Assembly (NCBI GenBank): GCA_938002955.1
Contig: CALLAA010000050.1
Location: 7,177-71,176, forward strand
DNA length: 64,000 nucleotides
From: an uncultured Acidimicrobiales bacterium
GTDB lineage: Bacteria > Actinomycetota > Acidimicrobiia > Acidimicrobiales > SHLQ01
Reading direction: 5' to 3'
The notes below the pieces were generated by a model. It was not told the origin of the DNA, ran no database searches, and was given only the letters and a program-made list of their open reading frames with translations. A program made the position numbers and the translations under genes. Positions within the stretch are counted from its first letter, which is position 1; each line of letters starts with the position of its first letter. Of the stretch, positions 46,696-56,382 are shown one piece after another.

Positions 46696-47964
46696 GTGAG
46701 CGAAAGCATCACCATTACTGACAACCGCACCGGCGAAACCGTAGAGGTTCCAATCGTCAATGGTTCGGTTGACGCCGGCGCGTGGAAGAAGCTCATGCCC
46801 GGCACCTGGTTCCTGGACCCAGCGTTCGGAACAACGGCGAGCACCGAGTCCGCAATCACCTTCCTCGATGGAGGCAACGGCGTACTCGAGTATCGCGGCT
46901 ACCCAATCGACCAGCTCGCGGAGAAGTCATCGCACCTCGAGGTCGCGTACCTCCTCCTCAACGGCGAACTCCCCAATACTGCCGAACTCGATGCGTGGAC
47001 CAATGAGATCACCCATCACACCTACCTGCACGAGAACTTCCGTCGCCACGTACACGATGCGTTCCACTACGACGCACACCCAATGGGCCTGCTCACCTCG
47101 TCGGTTGCTGGCCTGTCGACCTTCTACCCCGAGTCCAAGGACATCGAAGACCCCGAAAATCGGATGCATCAGATCGTTCGCCTGATCGCCAAGATGCCAA
47201 CCCTTGCCGCTGCCGCATACCGCTTCAGCAAGGGCCTGCCGTTCGTGTTCCCTCGCAACGATCTCGACTACGCATCGAACTTCTTGTCGATGATGTTCTC
47301 GATCGCCGAAGACGACTACATCCCAGATCCTGCGCTCAAGCGGGCAATGGAGATTCTGTTCATCTTGCACGCCGATCATGAGCAGAACTGCTCGACGACC
47401 GCTGCTCGCGTCGTTGGCTCTGCGCACGCTGACCCCTATGTTTCAGTCGCTGCAGCATCGGCAGCGTTGTACGGTCCACGCCACGGTGGAGCGAACGAGG
47501 CTGTACTCCGCATGCTCGCCGAGATCGGAAGCTACGAGAACGTTCCCGCCTACATGGAGCGCGTCAAGAGCGGCGAAGAGCGCCTGATGGGCTTTGGCCA
47601 CCGGGTGTACAAGAACTACGACCCGCGCGCTCGGATCATCAAGGACGCGGCGCACGACGTCTTCAAGGTCACCGGTCAGAACCCATTGCTCGACATTGCG
47701 CTCAAGCTCGAAGAGGTTGCGCTCGCCGACCCGTACTTCATCGATCGCAAGTTGTACCCGAACGTCGACTTCTACTCGGGCCTGATCTACCAGTCGATGG
47801 GCTTCCCCGTCGAGATGTTCACCGTGCTGTTCGCGATCCCACGTACCGTTGGATGGCTTGCACATTGGCAAGAGATGCTTGAGCAAGAGTCTCGTATTGC
47901 TCGCCCACGCCAGGTCTACACCGGCGTCGAGAGCCGTGACTACGTCGCGATCGACAACCGCTAG
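46696..47964 (+). CDS. gltA: Citrate synthase
   Basis: LHADHEQNCST, HGGANE, GFGHRVY, YPNVDFY. Confidence 0.97.
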   Translation: MSESITITDNRTGETVEVPIVNGSVDAGAWKKLMPGTWFLDPAFGTTASTESAITFLDGGNGVLEYRGYPIDQLAEKSSHLEVAYLLLNGELPNTAELDAWTNEITHHTYLHENFRRHVHDAFHYDAHPMGLLTSSVAGLSTFYPESKDIEDPENRMHQIVRLIAKMPTLAAAAYRFSKGLPFVFPRNDLDYASNFLSMMFSIAEDDYIPDPALKRAMEILFILHADHEQNCSTTAARVVGSAHADPYVSVAAASAALYGPRHGGANEAVLRMLAEIGSYENVPAYMERVKSGEERLMGFGHRVYKNYDPRARIIKDAAHDVFKVTGQNPLLDIALKLEEVALADPYFIDRKLYPNVDFYSGLIYQSMGFPVEMFTVLFAIPRTVGWLAHWQEMLEQESRIARPRQVYTGVESRDYVAIDNR

Positions 47965-48036
47965 CACGACTTTTCACATGTCACATGCCGCATCTCCGAT
48001 GTGGCCATATTCCTTGCCTGGTTTACCCTGGCCGCA

Positions 48037-50205
48037 ATGACGTCGTCGCAATCTCTCCGCGCCCGCACGGGCCGATTGTGGGGACTCCTCGCGGGCTGTG
48101 TGCTCGCTACAACCCTCGCGGCTGTGCCTGCCGGGGCCCAAGACATCGCTGGCCTGGAGCCGCAACCTCCACAGATCGATGATTCGGTTGCCGAGGAGAC
48201 GATCGGTGACAGCGAGCTCGCCGAACTCGCCGCTGACCCAGCGAGTGCTCCGCACGGCACCACCGTCGACGTCGAGGTCCACGGCCCCGACCTTGCAATC
48301 GTCACCGCAGCTATCGAAGCAGCTCACGGCGAGCCGTACGGACGAGTACCCGGTTTCTTCGTCGAGGCTCGAGTGCCGGTCTTTGCGCTGGAGCGTTTGA
48401 ATGCAACGAACGGTGTCACTCGAGTAGCACAGGTAACGACGGCGATTCCGGCGTCGCAGTCGTTGCAGATAAACCCAGCGCTGACGAACACGATCGAGAA
48501 CACCCTGCAGCTCAAAGCCTGGCACGACGTTGGACACAAAGGTGTCGGACAAAAGGTCGGCATCCTCGACATCTTCGGCACCGAGGAACTCGAGTTTGCT
48601 ATTGCGCAAGGCCGCGTCCCGGCGCCGGCGGGAACGTTCTGCCAAGAAAAGGGCCGTTCGTGTGCAATTACCGTCCGCAATGGCGGACCTCACGGAGTGG
48701 CCGTGGCCGAAATCATCCATCGGGTCGCTCCCGACGCCGAGCTGTACTTCGCAACGGTTGCGACCATTGGAGACCTTGCCGCTGCGATCGATTGGTTTGC
48801 CGAACAAGGGGTCACGGTCATCAACCGGTCCGAGACCTCCGAGTTCGACGGGGCCGGCGACGGCTCGGGTCCAACAGCAGCCCTTGTGAACCGGGCCGTG
48901 TCACAAGACATGATCTGGGTCGCCGCTGGCGGTAACGCTGGAGGCAGCGAGGACCGGCCGGGCCAGAACTGGATTGGGCAATTCAACGACCCGGACGGCA
49001 ACGGCTTCCACAATTGGGCCGACGGTTCGGAGCGCATGGGGTTTACCTGCGGCTTCCTCCTCGGCATGCGTTGGGACGACTGGGACACCTCGACGATCGC
49101 CACCGACTACGACATCTGGATCTACGACGATGAAGGCGACCTGACTCCAGAAGCACGAGGCGAGGACACACAAAACGAGGCTGCCCATCGCCCACTCGAG
49201 CACATCGAGACTCGCTGCTCGGGATCGACCGACCGCGACTACCTCGCGATCCGCCGCTTCGGCGACCCCCAACCCGACGGCGTCGACACCATCCAGATCC
49301 TCGGTAATCAAACGTTGATGGACGAATGGGTCAACGAGAGTGCAGCGACGGGGCCCGGTGCAGATTCACGAAGCACCGGAGCGTTAACGGTGGGAGCAAC
49401 AGTCCAGCCGGCAAGCCCGCTGCTCGCCGACTACTCATCACACGGCCCCACCTTCGACGGCCGCAACGGCGTTGACCTCGCCGGGCCCTCGTGTTTGCCA
49501 GTCCCGGACTTTTTCAACTTCTGTTTCTCCGGTACGAGCGCGAGCGCGCCGGTCGTGAGCGGCGTCATGGCGGTCATGCGCGGCGCAAACGTCATCGACA
49601 ACGCCACCGACGCAGAGGGGCTCATCCCGAAGATCACCGTGGACCAAGGCGAGGAGGGCGCCGACACCCGCTACGGCCACGGCAGCCTCTCGCTCCCTGC
49701 GCCTGTCGACCTCAACGCACGCTCATTCCTCCCATCGTGCGCAGGAGTCCCGGCGACGATCGTTGGAACCAACGGAGACGATGTTCTCGTCGGCACAGAA
49801 CGTCGTGACGTCATCTTTGCTGGCTTGGGCAACGACACGGTCAACGCGCTCGGCGGAGACGATCTGATCTGTGGTGGTTTCGGCGATGACACCATCGACG
49901 CAGGCGACGGCAACGACACCATTCTGGGTGGACCGGGCGCCGATCGGATCCGCGGTCGGGGTGGCGCCGATGACATCAACGGCGGCCACGGCCACGACGA
50001 CATCGAAGGCAACGCTGGAAACGACGAGTTGAAGGGCTTTACCGGACGCGACTACGTCAAGGGCGGTCTCGGCGACGACGCTGTCTTTGGGGGCGCCGGA
50101 AACGACCGACTCGTGGGAGGCAAAGGCCTCGATGAGCTCTTTGGCGGCAACGGCGTCGACCGCTGTCGAGTCCCGGTCGAAACAACGGTGAGCTGTCGCC
50201 CCTAG
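48037..50205 (+). CDS. Secreted S8 (subtilisin-like) peptidase with C-terminal RTX-type repeats
   Basis: VGILD, HGVAVA, AGGN, GTSASAP; GGxGxD repeats; leaderless TACCCT-7nt-ATG. Confidence 0.88.
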   Translation: MTSSQSLRARTGRLWGLLAGCVLATTLAAVPAGAQDIAGLEPQPPQIDDSVAEETIGDSELAELAADPASAPHGTTVDVEVHGPDLAIVTAAIEAAHGEPYGRVPGFFVEARVPVFALERLNATNGVTRVAQVTTAIPASQSLQINPALTNTIENTLQLKAWHDVGHKGVGQKVGILDIFGTEELEFAIAQGRVPAPAGTFCQEKGRSCAITVRNGGPHGVAVAEIIHRVAPDAELYFATVATIGDLAAAIDWFAEQGVTVINRSETSEFDGAGDGSGPTAALVNRAVSQDMIWVAAGGNAGGSEDRPGQNWIGQFNDPDGNGFHNWADGSERMGFTCGFLLGMRWDDWDTSTIATDYDIWIYDDEGDLTPEARGEDTQNEAAHRPLEHIETRCSGSTDRDYLAIRRFGDPQPDGVDTIQILGNQTLMDEWVNESAATGPGADSRSTGALTVGATVQPASPLLADYSSHGPTFDGRNGVDLAGPSCLPVPDFFNFCFSGTSASAPVVSGVMAVMRGANVIDNATDAEGLIPKITVDQGEEGADTRYGHGSLSLPAPVDLNARSFLPSCAGVPATIVGTNGDDVLVGTERRDVIFAGLGNDTVNALGGDDLICGGFGDDTIDAGDGNDTILGGPGADRIRGRGGADDINGGHGHDDIEGNAGNDELKGFTGRDYVKGGLGDDAVFGGAGNDRLVGGKGLDELFGGNGVDRCRVPVETTVSCRP

Positions 50206-50220
50206 TGCCGGCTGGCCCCG

Positions 50221-50892
50221 TTAGTCCAAGACGATGTCAGGGCGGCCCTGGCCAGCAGTCCAGTGCTTGCGACACCGCAGTTCGTACCGGACGTCGGGTG
50301 CCTGCGCTGGATCGTCGACAACCATAAGTTCGCCGTCATACACCTGCACGCCGTCGACGACACGAGCATTGTGTGTGGCTCGGTCCCCACACCAACATCG
50401 TGCCTCGCACTGAATTGCCTCGGCAACGTCAGCGAGCTCGAGCAGCCGTGCGGTGCCTTCGAACAGGCGGCCCCGAAAGTCGGTTAGTAGCCCAAAGGCA
50501 AACACGTCGAGACGCAGTTCGTCAACGATCTCCGCGAGCTGTTCGATTTGGGTCGGCGAGTAGAACTGGACCTCGTCGCACACGAGGTAGTCCAGCACCT
50601 CTCCCCCATTTCGAGCAATCTCTCGAATGTCGACCTCGGGGTCGATCACGACCGCTTCGGCGCTGACGCCAAGACGGGAACTCACCCGTGCTCCCTTGCG
50701 GTCGAGCATGCTGCATAGCGCGCCGTTGAGGCCGCCATGGGTGAGGTTGTGATGGATCTGGAGAGCCTGGGTCGACTTGCCAGAGCCCATTGTTCCAAAG
50801 GAAAACCGTAGGACGCCGATAACGGAGGTGTTACTGCGCCGGGTACCCGGGATCGTCTGTTGAATCGAGAAGTTTGAAGGCGTAACCGTCAT
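50221..50892 (-). CDS. tdk: Thymidine kinase
   Basis: GTMGSGKST, DEVQF, FGLLTDF, CWCG...CRKH; start is either ATG 50892 or ATC 50820. Confidence 0.93.
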   Translation of the reverse strand: MTVTPSNFSIQQTIPGTRRSNTSVIGVLRFSFGTMGSGKSTQALQIHHNLTHGGLNGALCSMLDRKGARVSSRLGVSAEAVVIDPEVDIREIARNGGEVLDYLVCDEVQFYSPTQIEQLAEIVDELRLDVFAFGLLTDFRGRLFEGTARLLELADVAEAIQCEARCWCGDRATHNARVVDGVQVYDGELMVVDDPAQAPDVRYELRCRKHWTAGQGRPDIVLD

Positions 50893-53660
50893 GAGCATCC
50901 GCTAGTCGAGCCGCAATCGCGGCAGGCATAGCAGCTTCCCGCACGAACCATCTGCGTGCCGCACTGGCCGCAAAAAGGAGCGTCAGAAATCGATGACTCA
51001 CTCGCAGCAGGCGCTGGAGCTGGTGTTGTCGACGGCGGGTCGCTCGGAACGTCGAGGCCCTGGATCGAGGGGGTGACCGCTTCATCGAGACCGGGAAGCG
51101 TTGGCTGGCTGCGCTCACCGGTGGTCAAGATATTGCGGGCCTGACGTTCCTCGAGGCCCATGTACTCCACGGCGAGCCGACGGAACAGATAGTCCATCAA
51201 ACTCGACGCAATGCGCAGATCGGCATCGTCGGTCATACCAGCAGGCTCAAAGCGCATGCCAACAAAGGCATCGACGAAGGCGCTGAGCGGAACCCCGTAC
51301 TGCAGACCATGGCTGACGGAGATGGCGAACGCATCCATGATCCCGGCGAGCGTGGAGCCCTGCTTGGATACCCGAATGAAAAGTTCGCCAGGGCGGCCAT
51401 CGGCGTATTCGCCAACGGTCACGAATCCCTTGCAGTCGGCGACCCGGAATTCGAAGGTCCGTGAGGCTCGAGACCTCGGCAGCTTCTCTCGGCTCGGCTG
51501 CGCAGTTGCGGCGACCACGGAATCGGCGATCGCCGCTGGTGACTCGGTATCGTCGCTCTCCGACGACTTTGCGGTGAGCGGCTGGCCAACCTTGCAGTTG
51601 TCACGGTAGAGCGCCACCGCTTTCAGTCCGAGCTTCCAGCTCTCGACCATGATCTCTTCGAACTCTTCGACGGTCGTTGACTCGGGGGTGTTCACGGTCT
51701 TGCTGATCGCACCCGAGAGGAATGGCTGCACGGCAGCCATCATCTTGATATGTCCACCCGGTGCAATCACGTTGTCGCCCATCGAGCAGGCAAAGACAGC
51801 AACATGCTCATCGGCGAGGCCTGGCGCCCCGAGAACCGAGCCGGTCTCCGCAATGTGTTCGATGATGCCCTCGACGGCATCTGGTGTGTAGCCGAGCTGG
51901 CTGAGCGCCCGACCTACACCCTGGTTCACGATCTGCATCGTTCCGCCACCGACGAGCTTCTTCATCTTCACCAGACCGAGATCTGGCTCGATGCCGGTGG
52001 TGTCACAGTCCATAAGGAAGCTGATCGTTCCCGTCGGCGCTAAGACGGTCGCCTGTGCGTTTCGCACACCATGTTCGGCCGCTCGCACGCAGGTGTCATC
52101 CCAGGCGGCCTGAGCGGCTTGCAGAAGCTCCTCGGGGACGAGCGAGGCATCGATCTCACCAACGGCTGCGGTGTGCATACCAAGGACACGCTGGACGTTG
52201 TGGGCATCGGCTTCGTACCCATCGAACGGACCCACACGTGCGGCCATTCGTGCGGACATGTTGTAGGCCGAGCCGCCCATGAGCGCAGTGACAGCAGCGG
52301 CGATTGCGCGGCCACGATCGGAGTCATATGGAGCGCCAACGGCCATGAGCAACGCGCCGAGGTTTGCATAGCCCAACCCGAGCTGACGGAACTTGCGGGT
52401 GTTCTCGGCAATCTTGTCCGTTGGATAATCGGCGGGACCGACGATGATTTCTTGGGCGGCAAACACCAGCTCGGCGGCGGCCACGAACTCGTCGGTTTCA
52501 AAGAGCGAGCCGGTCTCTTCGGGACGATGGAAGGCGAGCAGGTTCAGGCTTGCGAGGTTGCAGGCGCTGTTGTCGACGTGCATGTACTCAGAACACGGGT
52601 TGCTGCCGTTGATTCGGCCTGCATTTGGGGTGGTGTGCCACCGGTTGATCGTGGTGTCGTACTGCACGCCCGGGTCAGCACATTCCCACGCCGCCTTTGC
52701 GATGTCACGAAGCAGCTCCCGGGCAGGGACTGTTCGCATGACCTCACCCGTGGTGACCGACCGAAGGTGCCAGTCCGCACCGGTCTCGACGGCGGCCATG
52801 AACTCGTCGGTGACCCGAACCGAGTTGTTCGCATTCTGGTATTGGATGGAGAAGGAATCGGCGCCGTCGAGATCCATATCGAATCCGGCGTCACGCAGGG
52901 CGCGAGCCTTTTGCTCCTCCTTGGCCTTGCACCACACGAACTCTTGAACGTCGGGATGGTCGATGTCGAGCATGACCATCTTCGCTGCCCGTCGGGTCTT
53001 GCCACCGCTCTTGATCGTTCCCGCAGACGCATCGGCTCCACGCATGAAGCTCACCGGCCCCGATGCGGTACCTCCGCCGTTCAGCGTTTCGACCGACGAG
53101 CGGATTCTCGACAGGTTGACGCCGGCGCCCGAGCCGCCCTTGAAGATCATGCCCTCTTCGGCATACCAATTGAGGATTGACTCCATGTCGTCGTCAACCG
53201 ACAAGATGAAACATGCCGACGCCTGCTGCGGCACGTCAGCCACACCGATGTTGAACCACACCGGGCTATTGAACGCCATCCGCTGAGAGACGATCAGGTA
53301 TTTGAGCTCGGCGTTGAACGTTTCGGCCTCGGCCTCGTCGGCGAAGTAGCCGCCATCGCGTCCCCACGCAGTAATCGTGTCGACGACGCGATCGGCGACC
53401 TGGCGAAGCGAGGTCTCGCGCTCGGCGGTTCCCGGGGTTCCTCGGAAATACTTCTGGGCCAGGATGTTGACCGCGTTCATCGACCAGCTGGTCGGCACCT
53501 CGATATCGAGCTGCTCAAAGGCAACCGAGCCGTCACGCCAGTCATGAATACGAGCGTCGCGTCGTTCCCAATCGAACATGTCGTACACGTCGATTCCGGG
53601 CGAGGTATGCACTCGCCGAAAGCCGAGAGCTGCGCCGAGAGGATGCGATGCGAGCGACAT
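50889..53660 (-). CDS. nrdJ: Vitamin B12-dependent ribonucleotide reductase (class II)
   Basis: FNSPVWFN, SACFI, NPCSE, APTGT, TSCPD-like domain and C-terminal CxxC/CxxC. Confidence 0.96.
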   Translation of the reverse strand: MSLASHPLGAALGFRRVHTSPGIDVYDMFDWERRDARIHDWRDGSVAFEQLDIEVPTSWSMNAVNILAQKYFRGTPGTAERETSLRQVADRVVDTITAWGRDGGYFADEAEAETFNAELKYLIVSQRMAFNSPVWFNIGVADVPQQASACFILSVDDDMESILNWYAEEGMIFKGGSGAGVNLSRIRSSVETLNGGGTASGPVSFMRGADASAGTIKSGGKTRRAAKMVMLDIDHPDVQEFVWCKAKEEQKARALRDAGFDMDLDGADSFSIQYQNANNSVRVTDEFMAAVETGADWHLRSVTTGEVMRTVPARELLRDIAKAAWECADPGVQYDTTINRWHTTPNAGRINGSNPCSEYMHVDNSACNLASLNLLAFHRPEETGSLFETDEFVAAAELVFAAQEIIVGPADYPTDKIAENTRKFRQLGLGYANLGALLMAVGAPYDSDRGRAIAAAVTALMGGSAYNMSARMAARVGPFDGYEADAHNVQRVLGMHTAAVGEIDASLVPEELLQAAQAAWDDTCVRAAEHGVRNAQATVLAPTGTISFLMDCDTTGIEPDLGLVKMKKLVGGGTMQIVNQGVGRALSQLGYTPDAVEGIIEHIAETGSVLGAPGLADEHVAVFACSMGDNVIAPGGHIKMMAAVQPFLSGAISKTVNTPESTTVEEFEEIMVESWKLGLKAVALYRDNCKVGQPLTAKSSESDDTESPAAIADSVVAATAQPSREKLPRSRASRTFEFRVADCKGFVTVGEYADGRPGELFIRVSKQGSTLAGIMDAFAISVSHGLQYGVPLSAFVDAFVGMRFEPAGMTDDADLRIASSLMDYLFRRLAVEYMGLEERQARNILTTGERSQPTLPGLDEAVTPSIQGLDVPSDPPSTTPAPAPAASESSISDAPFCGQCGTQMVRAGSCYACRDCGSTSGCS

Positions 53661-53938
53661 AATGTTCCTTGCTGAGACCATCGGTCTCGCCGGTTCTGCA
53701 TGGAGGCTGTACCTCCAGAGAACGAATGATTCGGGTATTTGTCAACGATTTCGACCAGCGGATTGTTCCCTGGACGCGTTGGCAGCCGGCGCAGGGTCCC
53801 CTGGGGTCAAGTTCCCACGTGAGTGGTCCCTCCAGCGTGCCTAGGTTCCCTACTCCGGCTGCGGACATCACGATACGGACGCATGCCTGTGGGCGAAAAG
53901 AGGACGAGCTGTGAATATCTATGTGGATTTCGGCCGAG

Positions 53939-53954
53939 TTGTCCACATCTAGCG
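53939..53954. promoter_or_regulatory. Putative NrdR box
   Basis: TCGCTAGATGTGGACA (minus) fits acaCwAtATaTwGtgt; weaker second copy at 53910-53925. Confidence 0.5.
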
Positions 53955-54004
53955 AGGTAGTGCGGTCCGTGCGTGCGCCGCGACCGTCGATATCGTTGCG
54001 GCGT

Positions 54005-54745
54005 ATGGACCAACTGTTCCCCACCCCTGTGGACGACGTCGATACGACCGCGGTGTATGCAGGCGATGACCGGACGGCTACCGGCGACCGTCCCTGGGTT
54101 ATGGCCAATATGATCTCGTCGGTCGATGGCGCAGTTGCCATCGATGGAGTTTCGGGCGGGCTTGGCGGACCCGGCGACAAAGCGGCATTTCGCGCAATAC
54201 GGGCCGTCGCCGACGTGATCGTGGCCGCGTCTGGAACGGTGATTGCAGAGAACTACCGGCGTCCGCAGACGCCGCCTGACATCCAGGAGATGCGGGTAGC
54301 GAGGGGTCAGTCCCCGCTTCCCCGCATCGCCATCGTGAGCGGCTCGCTCAACATCGCTCCAGATCATCGGGTTTTCGACCCCGAAGCACCGCCGTTGGTG
54401 ATCACCCATGCCCAATCACCGGCTGATCGTCGCCGCATGCTCGGCGATGTGGCCGACATCATCGTCGCCGGAGACGGGAGCGTCGACTTCGCCGACGCTC
54501 TACAACAGCTCAAGGCGCTCGGTGCCGACACGGTGCTCGTCGAGGGCGGCCCCACGCTCAACGCCGCATTCGTTGGCGAAGACTTGATCGATGAGTTCTG
54601 TCTGTCGTTCTCGCCGTTGCTGGTCGGTGGCAGCGGACCCCGGGTCGTGGGCTCCACCCACAGCCACGATCCACGACCGCTGCACCTCGACCGGACTCTG
54701 CACGAGGACGGATTTCTGTTCCACCGGTACCTTCGACAGCGGTAG
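54005..54745 (+). CDS. RibD C-terminal / dihydrofolate reductase family protein
   Basis: RPWVMANMISSVDG, ADVI, LVEGGPTL, DEFCLS. Confidence 0.88.
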   Translation: MDQLFPTPVDDVDTTAVYAGDDRTATGDRPWVMANMISSVDGAVAIDGVSGGLGGPGDKAAFRAIRAVADVIVAASGTVIAENYRRPQTPPDIQEMRVARGQSPLPRIAIVSGSLNIAPDHRVFDPEAPPLVITHAQSPADRRRMLGDVADIIVAGDGSVDFADALQQLKALGADTVLVEGGPTLNAAFVGEDLIDEFCLSFSPLLVGGSGPRVVGSTHSHDPRPLHLDRTLHEDGFLFHRYLRQR

Positions 54746-54847
54746 CGGCAACATCATCGTGTGACACCGACGCGTCGACCCACGACGCGTACCGCTTCCA
54801 TACACGGTGAACCGTGCCGTGCGTTCGTGAACGAGAGGTGGCCATCG

Positions 54848-55363
54848 TTACCCGCGGATGGTGGCGTGGTCGATGATGATGCGCTGGCCAATGTCGAGTT
54901 GTGCGCCTCCGGTGAGCGCCTTGAGCGAATCGACGATGGGGCGAATGTCCTCGCCCGGACGAGCAACCTCGGTCGCGATCGCCCACAGCGTGTCCCCTGG
55001 CTGCACGATGTACACCTCGATGGTGTCGTCGACGAGCTGTGACTGATCGGACACGGGCTCGACCGGGCCGTTTGCGGCGGCGTCTCCGCCGAAGCCAACG
55101 AGCGCACCAATAATCGCGAGGGCCAGAACCGCTGCGACGACCAGGTTGATCACCGGGCCATCGGTGCGGGCGTCGTGTTGGCTGTTCGTTCGAGCCGAAC
55201 GTTGCGGGTCGTGTGACGCCGTATGTGGCTGTCCTGTACGTGACTGTCCTGTACGTGGCTGTGCCGTATGTGACTGTGCTGTACGTGACCGTGCTGTACG
55301 TGACTGTGCTGTATGTGGCAGTGATGTGGCGTGGCGAGGCTGAAGTGCGTGGGTCATGGTCAT
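54848..55363 (-). CDS. LysM membrane protein, probable SOS cell-division inhibitor (ChiZ/YneA/DivS-like)
   Basis: TM then YIVQPGDTLWAIA LysM; divergent from lexA; AGGAG SD. Confidence 0.8.
   Translation of the reverse strand: MTMTHALQPRHATSLPHTAQSRTARSRTAQSHTAQPRTGQSRTGQPHTASHDPQRSARTNSQHDARTDGPVINLVVAAVLALAIIGALVGFGGDAAANGPVEPVSDQSQLVDDTIEVYIVQPGDTLWAIATEVARPGEDIRPIVDSLKALTGGAQLDIGQRIIIDHATIRG
55218..55322. repeat. 15-bp tandem repeat, 7 copies, inside LysM gene
   Basis: Units like GCTGTACGTGACTGT; encode (H/R)T(A/G)(Q/R)(S/P) pentapeptides. Confidence 0.92.
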
Positions 55364-55528
55364 CAGTATTCTCCTGGGGTGTGACACTGTCCCCGAAACC
55401 GTTGAAATCACGGCACTTTCGGGACAATTCCGTCGGACCTGGCTCCACCCAACTCCAGCTCCTCCCCCGACGCATGATGCGTGAAGCGAAGAAATCCTGG
55501 AGGTCCTTGACCGGGTACGGTTGTTCGG

Positions 55529-55613
55529 CGAACATGTGTTTGGCGAACTTCCGTTCCCTATGTATAGTACGAACAGTTGTACGATGCAACGCCGTTATCG
55601 AAAGTTTGTTCGA
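55529..55613. promoter_or_regulatory. Three LexA (SOS) boxes around divergent promoters
   Basis: CGAACATGTGTTTG (55529), CGAACAGTTGTACG (55570), TCGAAAGTTTGTTCGA (55598); -10 TATAGT at 55563. Confidence 0.8.
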
Positions 55614-55661
55614 TCATCTATGGCGGGGTCTCGAACACGTATCCACTACCGAAAGATCACC

Positions 55662-56294
55662 ATGACTGGCACCAATCTGACCGATCGCCAACAGTCGATT
55701 CTCGACTACATCGACTCCCAGAACCGCGAGCGCGGCTACCCACCGAGTGTCCGCGAGATCGGCACTGCTGTCGGCCTCACGTCCCCATCGACGGTGCATA
55801 GCCACCTCAACACGCTGCAAAAGCTCGGATACCTGCGGCGCGACCCGTCAAAGCCTCGTGCCATCGAAGTTCGTTACGATCCGAACTCAGGCGCGGTCAT
55901 GGAACGCTCTGCGGTCACCCACGTACCTCTCGTTGGCGACGTCGCTGCCGGAACCGATGTTCTCGCCCATGAGAACGTCGAAGAACTCATGCCGTTGCCA
56001 ACCGAATTCACCGGCGAGGGCGAGCTCTACATGCTTCGTGTTCGGGGCGAATCGATGATCAACGCTGGCATTCACGATGGCGACTTCGTCGTCGTATGCC
56101 GACAGGACACCGCCCAGAACGGCGAGATTGTTATCGCCGGAATCCCTGGCGAAGAAGCGACCGTCAAGACCTACACCGCATCTGGATCTACCGTCACGCT
56201 ACTCCCAGCCAACGACAGCCTCGAGCCTATGGTGTTTGCCGCCGACGAAGTTCAGGTCTTTGGCAAGGTCGTCACCGTCCTACGCCGGTACTAA
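55662..56294 (+). CDS. lexA: SOS repressor LexA
   Basis: GYPPSVREIG, VAAG cleavage site, GESM Ser, ATVK Lys. Confidence 0.97.
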   Translation: MTGTNLTDRQQSILDYIDSQNRERGYPPSVREIGTAVGLTSPSTVHSHLNTLQKLGYLRRDPSKPRAIEVRYDPNSGAVMERSAVTHVPLVGDVAAGTDVLAHENVEELMPLPTEFTGEGELYMLRVRGESMINAGIHDGDFVVVCRQDTAQNGEIVIAGIPGEEATVKTYTASGSTVTLLPANDSLEPMVFAADEVQVFGKVVTVLRRY

Positions 56295-56382
56295 CACGAG
56301 TTGGTCTTCGGCGTGCGCGGCGCGCAAGCCAACGCCGGGCGCACACGCAGCTCCGCGCGAGATGTCAGACCGAGGTCAGCGG

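Noticed and set aside
50889-53660. Intein or intron in nrdJ
   Set aside because: Length and motif spacing are normal; no splice-junction motifs seen
55213-55665. Plus-strand ORF with YVTVL repeats
   Set aside because: Antisense reading of the LysM tandem repeat, running through the SOS boxes
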